DNA of 63,784 nt, filler included, from Choristocarpus tenellus KU-1152 (GCA_964200185.2; 9 parts of 9 records of this genome joined end to end with filler, not necessarily neighbours in it); one strand, 5' to 3'; shown: positions 1 to 14,139, counted from the whole stretch's first letter. Notes: a model not told the origin generated them from the sequence alone. Program-made: numbers and translations.

Positions 1-3000
1 AAGACCGTTTTCGCAAAACAACCATCCTCATAGTCCTGCACCATCCTCAATTTTGAGAAACCCCTGTTTAATGAAGATGATTGTAAATACAAGTTCACGA
101 TCCCACTTGTGGTCCCCTGATGGTGTGGGAGAAATGCTTGTGGGAAGTGATGGGTTAGGATGATGCTGTTCGGTTTGCTTCGACACGTTCACCAGTAGGA
201 ATAAGGTGCCTTGTTTCAACTCCAAGTGATACAGTACCAATTCCAATGATTGCGTTCCTCTGAGTGAGCAACAGCATGTTCTCTACTGGTCAATATTGGG
301 GTAACTTCTTACCCGTGAACACACAGCGTTGCATATCGGGAGTTGGAGTCTGATCAAGATCTTGGATTGACTAATGAGGTATATTCAAACATTTTGACCG
401 CCCGATTTTGTATGTGAAGTGGGAGGTTATATTGACGATTCGAAAAACGACTATATGCCCAGTTCAATTCCCTACCATTATTTCCAGTTATTGGCATGGT
501 TGTAAATTATGGGCTTATCCTAGGACAGTAGCAATGGGTATCAGCCAGATATCACATTGAAGAGATTCGATAACATGAAAGTATTTCAAGCGTTTTTCAA
601 ATATACTATTGCGAAGTGGTAGTACTGATGCAATGATGCCATTTTTATGCTGTTATTTCACTGTGTATCGTCTAGGCATCTCATCATTTTTTGGACGATT
701 CGTACCATTGCATGTGACCACCTTGTAGGTTTTATTGAATATTGAGACCAGACTATAAGGGTACTGCATCTGGTTGAGAGTTTCATAGATCTACCTCACT
801 GCACTCTACCTTCACTGTTTAGTGTTTGGATCTTCGTTCTGTTGTTTGGGATCTCTGTTGATCATTGTCTGGTGAAGTCATCCTGTCGGTCAATCCAGAT
901 CCCAGCGTCAGACTTGAGGCTGGATCTCCTTGCATGGCTAACCACGACTGTGCATTTGCCCACACATACGGATGCCACCACTTGTGTTATTAATTTATTC
1001 CCCCTGTCAAAAACCCCTGCCCTCCAACAATCTAACTATGACAAGCTTCCAGCACAACAGTAGAAATTCAATTTTTGACGTGTTTGTTTGACAGAATGAT
1101 CAAAATATCGTACAAGTGGTATCAATACACCCCCACCCCCCTGCTAGCACAATGATACACCGCACTTTGTGTTGTAGCAAGATACGGTTTGGGGCATGAC
1201 ACATACTGGATCATTGAGGACAACACACAAACAACCAGTCAGTAGAGAAGGGCAAAAAGGTAATTGGCAATGATGACGTGGGGACAGGCAGGGCAACGAG
1301 GTGTGGAGACTAAATCAATTATACTACTTTTGGTAACAGGAAACAGAAAGAGCGGACAACTCTCATCAGTCTCTCCGCATTGAAATCAAAGCTCAGTTAC
1401 TAACGTGTTCATGTCTCAGGGACCGATTCAATTTTCGTCCGACAAGCAACATATAAAGGGCGATACAGCTGAATCTGCCTACCTTCCTCGTAAATTATTT
1501 AACATTTGGTCCAAACATATTACACTGACCCTAACCAAAAAGATGGAGAGGACTTGTCCCATACTTTTACATGCCGTAAGTACAACAACCACGCCTTAAA
1601 TTATTTTTCCAAGAGCACAATACGTGTCAAATCACTCCAGAGTTGCATCCGACTTGCTAACTCCTGGTATGTACCATTATTAGATGTAAACGAGATCTTG
1701 CCACAAAAGTCTGCATGCCATGTGGTAACTGCCTGTAGCTAAAAATAACGAGGAGAGCACTACAATACTACATACACCATTTCAAGGATTAAAATAACTC
1801 CTGTCCAGGCACCTCAGGATATATTTACACATACTGGACCTTACTCATTCTTCAAGACGTACACCAGGTCAAAATCGCAACAGGAAGGTGCCAAAAGCTG
1901 TAACCACCGTCATGACCCCTTGCCAGTGGCAAAGATTATAGATAGGAGTTGTTGAGGGAGGCCACAGCAGGGTGCTATGGCATGTTATGAATGCAGAGAT
2001 TGACTTGATAGGGTACGTTAATGCATGAAAACCACACTGTCCAAACCTTCATCACATTTAGATTGTCGATCCAGGGCAGCAAGAGCTTCACAGCTTCAGG
2101 TGTGAGATCTGCGCACACATAGTATCCCTACCCAAGCATAGATTAAACTTGATTAAGTACTAGCTAGATGAGTTAGAGGCACGATAGGATACCCACCACT
2201 AGTTATATCAAGTAGTTGAACACTCCTTCGAGGTCACTATATGTGGCAGGAGGAAACAAGGGTGCAGCAGATACACCTGAGGAAGTAATCACCACCCCAG
2301 ACTTCCAGTGGTTTGGTCTCATGCCTAGACAAAAATAAACAAAACCCTTCCCATATATTGACATTTTGGGAGGCTGGTAGATGGTTGACGTCCCCTTCTG
2401 ATCATAGAGATCTCTCGCTCTTTACATTGACACAGACCCAGGGCGAGTAGGAACAGTCTGCAAATTCACAAACATTGACATTGTGCTGAAATAGCATTCT
2501 GCTGTAAATATACACAAAAGTAATCGCAGTGTCTTTCTTTTGCTGTTCATTTAAATGCAGGACGTTTAACACAGTATGATGTGTGAGGGAAGTATTGCAA
2601 CACATTAAGGTGTTCTTCAAGGTCAGCACATTTGGACGACCTGAAAAACATTAATCCATTTTCAAGCATCTGTAACTGTGCAAAACGGCATAGATACAGT
2701 GCTTCCATCTTGCATCTCTGCGTATATCTGTGCCTGTATGTAGGATGGGGGGAGGGGAGATCTCCACTTGTACAACTCTTTCATTTTCTGTATCGTATTC
2801 TTGAGTTGCTACAAAAAGACACGTGGTAGACAGTGTAGCTTGGTCAAGAATCTGCTCCAGATAAAGGCGGTATGATGGGTAGATGAATGAGGGAAAAGGA
2901 GACACAAGGAACAACACAACCATCAAAAGAGGCCATGGCAATGACAATTCCTTCAGACAAATAAATCAAACCAACAACAAAATGCAGAGCAGTCACGACA

Positions 3001-3653
3001 TAGTTCATAACTAGATATTGACAAAGATGTAAGTCCAGTCAGTCCGGTCTTCAGTCACTTGTGTAGAGCGCGAGATGAGATATTTGGGATTTAAAGGTAT
3101 GGAATTCCCATTGGTCAGGAGTTATTGCTAACGAAGTGATTGAGCTATAGAGAATCTAGGTACCATGCATGTAATTGCAACACAGTCAAAGGTAGCACTA
3201 CACACTACGCAGATGCACAACTGAACCGAACGATGTACTGGCATAGAGTAAGGCTTACTTACCTTTAGAGCCGTGTGAGCAGCATCTCTCACCAAAACTG
3301 ATCAGAGGAAGCAAGCAATAGTTGGGGATTTGATACCTTCCCTGAATCAAGGCATATCTGACATTACATATATTGACATGGGCATTTCTTGCCAGCAGTA
3401 TATATATTTATTTAAATTGGGTTTGCGTGCCTCTGGTATTTTATTCGTAATGAAGGATGAGAAAGGGGGACACACGTGTACATTTTCTTACCCCTCATCA
3501 CCTTGCCACTTTTCTTCTACCTGTCAAACATAACAAAATTCGATCATGGCGACTTGGTTTTGCCTAACACCTTATTGAGCCACCACGTACATTTCTGGCT
3601 TACTTCCTCATTGCAAGCCCCCCCCACCCGAGCATTCATCCTCTGAGTGCTGC

Positions 3654-4299
3654 TCAGACAATCTCTAGGACGTTTGTCCCATTAGCCATATGGACAAGTC
3701 CGGAAGATACCGATATAATTCCAGTGCTGATCAAGATAGTTGCCACTCCAATAACAATCTTGTCGCTCATGCCATCCTTAAGGAACGTGGGGTTATCAGC
3801 CCCTAACACATCGAATAGAAGCGGTTTGGAGGTGAGGGGAGGACTGTGGGCGGAGGGAGAATTACACATCAATGGGGAACCAAGAAGATGAGACATGTCG
3901 CTTTGATTTTTTAAAACTGAAATTCGACCGTGCTTGCCACCAGGGCAATAGTTTGCTGGTATACCACAACTTCTTGAAAATGAACATTTGAAGCAATACT
4001 GTTGAGGAGACAGGTTGAGGGTTACACTAGGAATGGACATCTGCTTATCCAATAGTGGGACGAAAATCAAAGCAATATTAAAAACACCTAACAGTCTGCC
4101 ACCACCATATATCAATCTCACCGACAAGGTGTGGGAACTGGTTGAACTTCTTATGAAGTTCTGGCATATTGCTCTTCTTGTTGATGACGGGGTCCATCAG
4201 ACTCAGGTTTCTCCTAGAGGAACGGACACCAGCCTGCACCACCCTGTTCCGGCCTGTCACCACCACGCCATGTGATGCTAGCCTCAGCACCGATGCCAT
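3654..4299 (-). CDS. Small mitochondrial membrane protein, cytochrome c oxidase subunit VIIa (COX7A)-like; 2 exons, 108 aa
   Basis: Exons 4299-4122 and 3802-3654, GTGAG donor and TTAG acceptor, frame preserved (327 nt). Product has an Arg/Ser-rich acid-free presequence (MASVLRLASHG...RSSRRNLS), then 'NMPELHKKFNQ...NPTFLKDGMSDKIV' and one TM helix. This resembles the COX7a pattern 'NKVPEKQKLFQ...PVHLKGG..D'. Confidence 0.6.
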
Positions 4300-5463
4300 C
4301 GCCGCAGGAAAACAGAAATCTAGTAATATTTTCGTCACTAGTACGGTTGATAGGTCTCTTAAAACCAACAAACCCCACACACCAAAAAAGAACTTACAAC
4401 AGATTGCGCGCGAAGGCACGAATAGATTTTTCTCGCGACAGTTTTCTATTTTCTTTTAAATCTCCAACCCCAACCTTGAAAAAACAAAAGTAGAAATGGA
4501 TAAACCCCAATACCTCGTTTCTGTCTCCAACCTTACCCAGACAACTCCAAAAATAGGAGAGATACCAATTAGCTTGAACCCCTCGCTCTGTTCATTTATC
4601 TCTCGAAAAGGGAGAATATTTACAGATCGACAGTGGGGACGATCGTATAGGCGACGAAATCGCAACATCATCTTTGTCAATTAGTTTCCAAAAAGGCACA
4701 ACAACACGTGAGTGGCGGATTGTGAAGAAAGTGCCCCCACTGATGGTTTTTAAATGATGGCACAAGTTATATTGATCACCCATACGTGCTCTCCCGCTTT
4801 TTGATTCTTGGATTTCTGACGGACAAGTCCATGCATTTCCTGTTTATGTTGAGGCCAAACCTCACGGCTGTATGGCATCTCTTGGACAGTGTGAATCTGC
4901 ATCCTGTATCCGACGTACAGCTTCGCCTCCTGGCGTCGACTAGATTCGCCACCCAATCTGACCCCTCTTTCTCGACCTGTTCGCTCCGATGCAGACAAGA
5001 AGCACCGACAATGGTCTTTGGCTGCACAAAGTGATAAAAAATATTCAAGCACTCAAAGCGGAAGGAAAGGCCCGCTACCCCTCCACATATAATTCTCAGA
5101 CCATCAGACAGTCTCCTCTTCAATCATTGCCACCCACGCCGTTATTGCGAACACTGGTTTAGTTTGTTCATAAATAGGTTTAGATAGACGTTGAATACCC
5201 ATTTTTACTAAGGGGAAGGGGCCCTGTCTTCCGGCGCACTGCCGGACTTTTTGGAGAAGGACGGCTGCTGTGAGGAACCAGTGCTGCCTTTGCTGCTATC
5301 AAAAGACGTGACGCGATCTTTCCATTGCTTGCTTACCTGCACGAAAAAGTAATATTCAAGTTTACTGATCAAGGGAGTGCATTGGTTTCGAAGGGAGAAG
5401 AGCGCTACTCAACTCTGAGGATAACTTTTGTAAAGTTCCCTTGCGCTCCTCCTATTTTCAGTG

Positions 5464-8400
5464 ATGATGAACCAACGTAACCCAGGTCCTTGGATGAATG
5501 GGGATACAGTCTCTGCCCTTCCCTCTCCACCCTCAACCGCTGCTACGCCTATGGCTGATGCAGGGGCGGCAGCCGCTGTAGATATGTCGTCTGATGTATA
5601 TACCGGGGGGGAGGGAAAGGTAGAGGATTGGCGGGATGGGCTGAAGAAGCCTGCTGCAGACGATCGCTACCGCACGGAAGATGTAACCCAGACCAAGGGA
5701 AATGATTTTGAGGACTATTTTCTCAAGAGGTCAGTGACTATTTTCCCTTATTTTCTGTGCAAATCCGGGTTTTTATTATACCTGCTTTTTTTCTTCGAAC
5801 TTGACCTTAGTGTCCATGTTATGGCAACACACAACAATTGATACTCCATGCTATTATCCTGTGGCATCCTTGATGGATTATTCCGGTCAAAGGACAATTT
5901 CGTGATACGGCATTTTGGTCTCTCTGCGTGTAGACTTCATGAACTTTGTTCTTCATGGATAATTCTTCCTGCAAGATGATTGGGTTTTTTATTTGTTGGG
6001 CCCTCTGCTTATAGATCACCCTGCCCTCCCTACCCACAGTCACTGTTCATGGCTTCTTAGAGTAAGAAGGTGATGAGATATTTGTTGATTTTTCCCTGGA
6101 TTCTTGATAGAATGACCTCCTTCTGTTGGACTTAGTTGACCAAGTTTGATGTTTTCTTGACACTGCAGTTGAACAATCAATAGTGTCCTTGAAAAGCGTA
6201 ACACTGGAGTTGTTTTTCATCTTCCATCCATCCTTCTGTTGGAGGTTAAACATATTAAATATTCACACCCACTATCATGAAGTGAGTCTCCCACATGACA
6301 CCTATTTGTCATTTTCAGCCAGAAAATTTTATTGTACCATTTTGGTGCACGCCTTATTGAAGGTATAGTTCAGGCAGTGGACTCAGCTTCTTATGGGGGA
6401 CAGTGGTAGTGTAATGTGCTCCTGGTTTGTTTTGAAGTTTAGAAATCTTTCCCCACCCCACCAACATCTCTTTCCTGTTGCCTGACTTGGATCGAGTATG
6501 GTGTGGGGTGATTCATTTGCTGCCAGTATGGAGCACTGCTCACTCCATGGGTCTTCGTCCTTGATCCCATTCTACTGCTTGTCTCGTTTGATGAGTGTCA
6601 TTGTAGGGAAAATGACTCCTGTAGCGACGATCTGTTGGCTTCCAAATGTGTTTTGTCCTTGATGCTGTGTTGCAATATACTCTTGGAAGTTTCCACCTTA
6701 CGGCTCAGCAGAAAGTAGTGCCCGTAACGATTTTTGGTGCTCTTGTATTACATGCTTGTGGAGAAGGGGAGAGGTCGTTTGTATTTCCTAAGTGGTTATT
6801 TATGTTTTCCTGTACCAAGACTTGATTATGGGTTGCTATATGGCGTTGGGCGTACTTTGGACATCAACCTTCTTCTCCATCCCTTTCCTCCACTTGATTT
6901 GGACAGAGAGCTCTTAATGGGTATCTATGAAAAGGGGTTTGAGCGCCCATCCCCGATCCAGGAGGAGGCGATCCCCATTGTGCTACAGGGGCGAAATCTC
7001 CTGGCTAGGGCCAAGAATGGAACAGGGAAGACAGCGGCATTCATCATCCCATGCATAGAGAAGACAGACACTAACCGGCACTACATACAGGTCCTCATGC
7101 TGGTTCCGACAAGGGAGCTGGCGCTGCAGACGTCTGCCATTGTCAAAGAGATTGGGAAGCACACTGGAGTGCAGTGTATGGTGGGTCAGGTTTAGAGAGT
7201 AGAGGTAGAGGTCTGTGTGGTGGATTTGTGATCGCTTAGACCAGGTCTGGAACTCTTCTTTTTTTTGTGGAGTTGTGGATGGTTGATGAGGGATTGGAAG
7301 GTACTACTCACTATGGAGGCAGTGGAAGCATGCGGCTTGGGTTTGAATCTAGTGTGTATAAGCTGAACCATTCTGTTTTGTCTGTTCCTCGAGGTAGAGC
7401 CTCTCTGGACCTTTTCTTTTTCTGTTGACTAATCCTGACCTCAAGTTGAATTAAATTTGCATGTGGTCTCTGCTTTGTTCTGGCACATGCATTGATCCCG
7501 CCCTGTTACTTTGAAAGCAATGGGTTGCTGGTTTGTTTGCTTAGTGAGTTTGAATGCGCAACTGACAGCTATTAGTAATTTTTTATTATTTTTTGAAAGT
7601 TGTTCGACTCAACTTTTTTTTTCAGTTGAAACATTCTTGTTTTTTTGTAGTGTAAGCAAAAGATTTGAAAAATTCTTAATTTTAAAAGTTTGATCGATAA
7701 AAGTATCCCTCTGTCATTTGCAGGTACCCGAAGTCTTAATCTTGTAGAGTGTATCATCAACGGGTGGTAACTTGTAGCAGGCGTGGGAAACATGTTCTGT
7801 GGGGTCTGCTACTGTGGTAGGCACATTCATTTCAAATCGCTCAACGCCTGGTCAGCAAGGGTTAGATTGCTTTTGTGGTGGTAGCCTTGGATACAAAATT
7901 TAGTTCTCTTAATTTGGCTCATTCTGTATCTGTAGTTTGTTGTGAATTATTTCAAGCCATGGAATAGCTACTTCCTGATTTAAACAATAATTATGAACTA
8001 GTCGTAAGTATTGAGATTAGGTGTTTTTATTACCATCTTTTGAGTGAACTGGAAAGTAGGAACGGACGTATGGTATTGTGTTGTGATCTGACCAACTAGC
8101 AAACTGGTAAGATCTCCATGGAGCATACTATTCACTGCAGAAGGTGTGACCTTGATCAGCCTAGCGGCTTCTACCCACTCTGTAGCTAGCGTTGTTTGGG
8201 CTGTTTCAAGATTCCTGTCTACAGAGTTGACTGGCAAGAGATTAATTTTTTTATTGAAAAAATCAGCAATTAGAAAAAAAGATGTATTTTTTTTTCGTGA
8301 GTAGATTCGTTGAAGTTCAATGTGAGTTGTGCCGGACTTTCCCTGATGTTGGTGGTGAATAAGCTCTTGTCCTTCCCTCCCTCCCTCCCTCCCTCCCATA

Positions 8401-11400
8401 TCTTGCTTTCTATTGTGATATGACAAGGTTACCACTGGAGGCACCACCCTCAAGGACGATATCATGCGTCTGTATAATGTTGTGCACATCCTGGTTGGAA
8501 CGCCTGGCAGGGTGTTGGACCTAGCAGATAAGGGGATTGCTGATCTTAGGCAATGCAGCACCCTGATTATGGATGAGGTGGGGTATGGCTTTCATTTTTG
8601 AGTTGAGAGGTTTCAGTTGTGGGTGTTTAAGCGGAAGAGGAGATAGAGTAGGGAGAACATTCTTGTTGCGTGCCACTTGCAGATGCTGGTGGGGTTGTCT
8701 TATGTCCTTGTGCTGGTGAAGAGTATCTCAGACCAGATAGGAAGTGATTGAGGTCGAAATAAGCAAGGAGATTGCAAGTCAATGATTTCGTGTGGTGTTT
8801 GTACTCTCAATTTTTTGAAAGAGGGTTTTTTGGGGGGGGGTTGATCCTGGGAAGAGCTGCCTCATAACGAGAATTCAACCACCCCACACCCATCTTCGAC
8901 ATGGCAACGTGTGCAATAGTCTCCTTCTGTCAGTGTTCTCGGATTGATCTCTTTGACTATTGCCCATGTTTGTTTTTGATGACTAGCTACTGCAGGTTTT
9001 GCTCATTTGTTGTTGGCATTGCTAATTGGACTATCTTCTATCCTTTGCTTCGGTGGTGTATACCATGACTTGTTTTTGATAATTGGGTGCTGGTGTTGAA
9101 ATTTCAGGCGGACAAGCTCCTGTCGCCTGAGTTCCAGCCCGTGCTTGAGAAACTGGTTGCTCACTGCCAGCCCAAGAGGCAAATCTGCCTCTTCAGTGCT
9201 ACCTTCCCAGTGACAGTTGAGGACTTCCAGGAAAAACACATTACCAACCCTTACAAGATCAACCTCATGGATGAGCTCACTCTCAAGGTGTGTTCGTGTG
9301 TGCGAAGGGCTTCCTGTGTATGGTGTGATTGCCTACTGAGCGGGGTGGATGGGAGAGGATTATCGTGTTGAAGAAGTGGAATTAGAGTCAATTAGCTGTG
9401 AATGGTACCCTACATACATACCGACACAGGAAAGAGATGTATTTTGTTGGCGTGGTGTTGTCCTTTGCACTCTTGGTGAGAGATACTTTGTATCCCCCTT
9501 GGTTTGATGTACTGGAGACACCTGATGAGGTGGGTATTGGTAGCTGGTAGGGATAAAACACGATTTTACGTGTGTTACCTTGCTTGCATAGGAATGTCAA
9601 CACCTCTTTTTCCAAGGTAGTAGATGAACGCCCTGGACTTGTAAATAAGTGGCACAATTTGAAAGAATGCAATGCCGACATTACTTGGAATGTTTTTGTG
9701 TTGTACGCAGCAGTGTATTATCTGAAAGGCAGGTTGTTAGAGGACGAATGGGTCCATGTAATGTCCTGGATATGGTTGGAACTATGACCGAGTACATCCT
9801 TGTATTTTTCTTTTTTATTCATTCTTCTAGATCTCTTATGCCAATTGCGTTCCACTGATTGCTTACTCTGATTTTCTAGAACTTGGGAGCTATGTGTTTG
9901 GCTGTCGTAGAACATAAGTTGATCTTTTTTGGAGTAATGCTTGAGCTAAAGAACCGCTATTGTTACCCTGGCAACAGACTGCATGCACAAGATTTGTGCA
10001 AGACTAGGTTTTCCGAGGTGTGAATAAGGTGTGAGTCTGTGGAGGGGATTGCAACTTGCCCCACCCGCTCTGTGGTTCCATTCACCTCTGCCCCCAGCCC
10101 TCGGGTTGAGAAGATCATTATAACATCCATTCTACCTCTTTGTTTTTGCATCTCGGACTGCTGGGGCTGCTCATTAGGGTATCACACAATTCTACGCATT
10201 TGTGGCGGAAAGACAGAAGGTGCACTGCCTCAACACTCTCTTCTCCAAGCTGGAAGTCAACCAGTCGATCATCTTTTGCAACTCTGTTAACCGTGAGTGT
10301 TGCAAGCTCAGAGAGGTGTCGCTTGTCCTGCAAACAAGCCATCGGTATAATGGAAACCCCTCTCTTGTTTTGAGTGTGTAAATTTATGCGCCTTAGTTTG
10401 TTCAAAATATCTGGGGGGGTTGGTGGCTCTGTCCATTTGGGGCCCATTTTTTCCATGTCTTGACTTTTGTGTCATTTGGTTGCATGCATGGGATGGATAA
10501 TGTAAGCTCACTTCTCCTGATCAGGGTCCAAATGGACACCCTGGTGTAGAACCTCCCCCCTCCCAGATACTTTGAGCCATTTGCCCTCACTTCATCTGTC
10601 AAGGTATCAGAATCCCGTATTTACTGATGACATGGATTGGAGTCACCTTATCAAACATGTCACGTCTATTTGGTCGTGCTCTATCACAGTCCCTTGTTAT
10701 CCTTTCCGGCACTCTATCTTAAGGTTGCCTGGTGAAGTTTTTGTGGTGTCTGTTGATGAATGATTACCCAGCATTTATTGAACTAATCTCGAGCTTTTAA
10801 AAATGTAACCGACACTCAAGGTGTGGAGCTTCTTGCGAAGAAGATCACAGAGCTGGGTTACTCATGCTTTTACATTCATTCTAAGATGCAGCAAGCACAC
10901 CGCAATCGAGTGTTTCATGAGTTCCGTAACGGGGCTACTCGTCACCTTGTGTCTTCAGGTGGGTGTTAAGATTCTGGTGATGGTGTTGGCTACTGTGATC
11001 ACAATCAATGGCGGGGTAAAGACGGTATGCATCGGAGGGAGGGGTGGATTTTGTTGTAACCTAGAGGATGTAAAAAAAGAAAAAGAATGGGGGAAGGGGG
11101 GCGAGTCATTCTTTGCTTTGAAATTTTGTACGAGTTGGTTTCATCTGTAGGTAGTGCAAAGTTCATTGACAGAGGATGTTGTATAGTATTATTGAATGGA
11201 CAAGAGTTTTGAAGGGGGGGGGGGGGGGGGGGGGGGGCCCCGCGAAGGGTGTGTTCTTGGTTTTGTTAAACAGGGGCCGCCCATAACCACACCCCCCCTT
11301 TTTTNNNNNNNNNNGGGGGGGGGGGTGGCAGGGGTGAGGGCGGGTGCGGGGGGGGGGGGGGGGGGGGGGGGGGGGGTGGGGTGGGAGGGTACCTGCCAGA

Positions 11401-11716
11401 GATTGTTCTTGGTTTTGATAATCACGTGACCATCATTAAGCATCCCTCCTCCTTTGTCACTGCGTCCCTGCCAGACCTGTTCACCCGTGGTATCGACATC
11501 CAGTCGGTGAATGTGGTAATCAACTTTGACTTCCCCAAGCATGCGGAGACATATCTTCACCGTATTGGTCGCTCTGGGCGATTTGGGCACCTTGGTCTGG
11601 CGGTAAACCTCATCACATACGAGGATAGGCACAACCTCTTCCATGTTGAGTCTGAGCTGGGAACAGATATTAAGCCTATACCATCTGTCATTGACCGTGA
11701 CCTCTATTGCAAATAG
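5464..11716 (+). CDS. DDX6: DEAD-box RNA helicase DDX6/Dhh1/Me31B; 7 exons, complete
   Basis: Exons 5464-5729, 6907-7180, 8428-8577, 9108-9287, 10178-10292, 10821-10958, 11475-11716; all GT-AG with compatible phases. Motifs: [58 protein letters not shown]|[21 protein letters not shown]. Confidence 0.97.
10399..10578. mobile_element. MITE family B copy in DDX6 intron 5
   Basis: Imperfect TIRs (TGTTCAAAATATCTGGGG ... CCCAGATACTTTGAGCC); internal sequence matches the copies at 26677, 47499 and 52553. Confidence 0.75.
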
Positions 11717-12307
11717 GCAGTGGGGGAGGAGGGTGGCAGGATGGAGGGGTGGGGACTTCAAGGCCAGAAGATCGGTCCCTAGAGTTGATTTGAGGGGTTG
11801 ACGATAGGATCAGACTGTTGTGAGGGCTATGGGATGGCCTGCATAAAATACAGGCAGTCTTGTGTAAGGTCGCTGTTGCTTTGGCATGGTCTGAATCAGA
11901 CAAGGTGGAGGATATTGAGAGCAAGCAATGATATAAATCCTGTCGTAATAAATGGTTAATGGGTTGATCTTGGGGTTACTCTCCCCCAGGGTTTGGTACC
12001 GTTGTTGACCTCCCTTCTAGTTCTCCTATTGTGCAGTATGGAGTAAATTTGGGGGGGGCGAAAGGTGATATGATATAGATTGAATAGTATTGTGTTTTGA
12101 GTGCACATTTGCTCATGTACACCTAACCCTAACCTAAACACTTAATGAGTCGGAGAGAGAGAAGACAGCTAGTGTTGCTGTGGATAGCAGCCAATGAGAG
12201 CTTTTAGGAAGAGCTCGAGGGGGGTATGCCCATGCCGACTCTGATCCTCTCATGAGCCAACCTCCCACTCAGATGGACGAGGGGGATAAAGGACAAGAAG
12301 GGGGGGG

Positions 12308-12407
12308 NNNNNNNNNNNNNNNNNNNNNNNNNNNNNNNNNNNNNNNNNNNNTTAATTAATTAANNNNNNNNNNNNNNNNNNNNNNNNNNNNNNNNNNNNN
12401 NNNNNNN
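12308..12407. other. Artificial contig linker N44-TTAATTAATTAA-N44
   Basis: Identical 100-bp spacer with stops in all six frames; also at 23287-23386, 29420-29519, 34679-34778, 38745-38844, 47362-47461, 52672-52771, 61120-61219. Confidence 0.97.
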
Positions 12408-13217
12408 AGGTAATGCTATTTGTTAGTAGTGAAGATAAGAAGGTGTGAAGCCTCACACGACCCTCTTTGCTGAACGTGATTACATGGTTGAAATTAGAAG
12501 AGTGACCTTGGTGTGGTGTCTTCTCATTGCTTGTTTATTATTTATTTGTGCTTCATACATAAGTCCATGGTTATGTCAAAGTAGTTGAATGCAGAATAAA
12601 AACCCATACATATTCCCATTCATAATCCGGATGTACTATCCCATTAGTTACATCTCTCATACACAAAATAAGGTACACCTCACTATTGTCCTACTTTGCA
12701 CACTTATTGCTTCTAAGAGAACAATGCCCCAAACGAATGAATCTACGCTGTCCATGTACAGATGTCACATATCCCCTTACATCCCCTCTAACCCAAATAA
12801 ATTCCTCCCATAACGTCCAATCCTGACATCCAAACCAGTGTCATTTTGTTCTCCCAATCTTCTGCAACCGCCACTGACACCTTCCATATAATATTCTACA
12901 ACTTACGTAGGGCAAATAAGAGTAACCCATTAATTCATTCCGCTGCCTAAGTGTATCTTCCATCATACATAAAACTATCCGTTTCTCAAAAAGATCAACA
13001 AGCAACACCGCTATACAACCAAACAAGACCATCACGCGCAAACACATGCCAATAGTCCTACACACCAACTCAGCCCCTGCAACGAACATGTTTGTGGTCA
13101 TGCAGGACGCACAACCGGGTCCCCACGTCGTGCCCCTTCAGGCAATCATCATCCCATCCTTCACAGACATCGACCACAACCACCTGGACAACACATTCAT
13201 GATCCTGCCTGGTCAAT

Positions 13218-13475
13218 GCGCCAAAGTATCTTACAGGGTATAGTCACGTCCATTTGGGGGCCAAAATCCAATGTTGCCATTTTGATGTAATTCTGGCTAT
13301 CGTGTTTGTTAGGAAGTGTTAAAATCCTTGTTCTGGACACACCTTTTCATAACGTATACATTTTACCTACTCCAAAACATTTTGGAGAGGTAAAATGTCA
13401 TTAAAAACCCGTGGGAAGTCAAGCCTCAAATGAACAAACAGGGCAAAACTCATACCCTCTAAGATACTTTCGCTC
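13218..13475 (+). mobile_element. MITE family A (Sola-like), 258 bp
   Basis: TIRs GCGCCAAAGTATCTTACAGGGTA ... TACCCTCTAAGATACTTTCGCTC; flanks (C)AAT/AAT. Confidence 0.85.
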
Positions 13476-13881
13476 AATACCAGAGGTTCACCTCGGAATC
13501 CAACCGGCAATCCCTCGGTGGGATACCTGCTCGGTTCTCTAGGCAACTCAGACTTGGGGACACATCCGACGCCAGGTTCGGTCGAGGAACCAGCTTCATC
13601 CTACGCGCGAGTGGGGGGACCATCGTAAAAGGGAAGGTCAGCGATGTTCATGTAGATGGTTCAGGGGTGTGCATTTACTCAGTGTCATACATCCCGGACG
13701 ATGGCGAAAAATCTTTGCCCTCTCAACTGGGGTCGTTCATGACAGAGGACGAGATTGAGGAGGGTGTCAACCAACTTTGAGAGAAGAACAAGAGGGACAG
13801 TGACGAAGCTGCAGCCCTGTGTGTCAGACAACGCCGTCAGTCGATTGTTGACCCCCAGCAGAAGTGTAGGGACATGGAGAA

Positions 13882-14139
13882 GAGCCGAAGTATCTTAATG
13901 GGTCGAGCCGCGTCCGTTTGGGGTCAAAAATCCAATGTTGCAATTTTGATGTCATTTTGGCTATTGTGTTTGCCAAGAAGTGTCAATATCCTTGTTCCTG
14001 GCACACCTTCTCATGACATACGCATTTTAAACTCCGAAACATTTCGGAGTAGGTGAAATGTTATTAAAAAAACCGTGGGAAGCCAAGCCCCAAACGGACA
14101 AACAGGGCAAAAATCGTACCCCCTAAGATACTTTCACTC
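13882..14139 (+). mobile_element. MITE family A (Sola-like), 258 bp
   Basis: GAGCCGAAGTATCTTA ... CTAAGATACTTTCACTC with a perfect 4-bp TSD AGAA/AGAA. Confidence 0.88.

Noticed and set aside
1-3350. Possible multi-exon minus-strand gene (splice-like signals near 310, 1005, 1840, 2640, 3260-3345)
   Set aside because: I could not assemble a stop-free frame or recognise any motif; it may be decayed TE sequence.
4750-5123. Overlapping 80-115 aa ORFs between the COX7A-like gene and DDX6
   Set aside because: No recognisable domain and no consistent start or splice context; more likely promoter or UTR sequence.
7998-8561. 187-aa minus-strand ORF, and similar long ORFs at 11189-11761, 22242-22946, 29711-30373, 46309-46965
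   Set aside because: These are antisense shadows of real exons plus intron read-through.
11215-11385. Long poly-G tracts as G-quadruplex elements, and the derived poly-Pro/poly-Gly ORFs
   Set aside because: They adjoin an N gap and low-quality-looking sequence; lengths are unreliable and may be sequencing artefacts.
12352-12363. Recurrent TTAATTAATTAA palindrome as a biological motif
   Set aside because: Always centred between two runs of 44 N; it is an assembly linker.
13218-14139. Family A MITEs acting as introners (AAA|GTATCT ... CTAAG|)
   Set aside because: Splicing would leave 24 nt (in frame) for the 13882 copy but 23 nt for the 13218 copy. The donor is weak, the acceptor lacks a pyrimidine tract, and the host frame has stops anyway.
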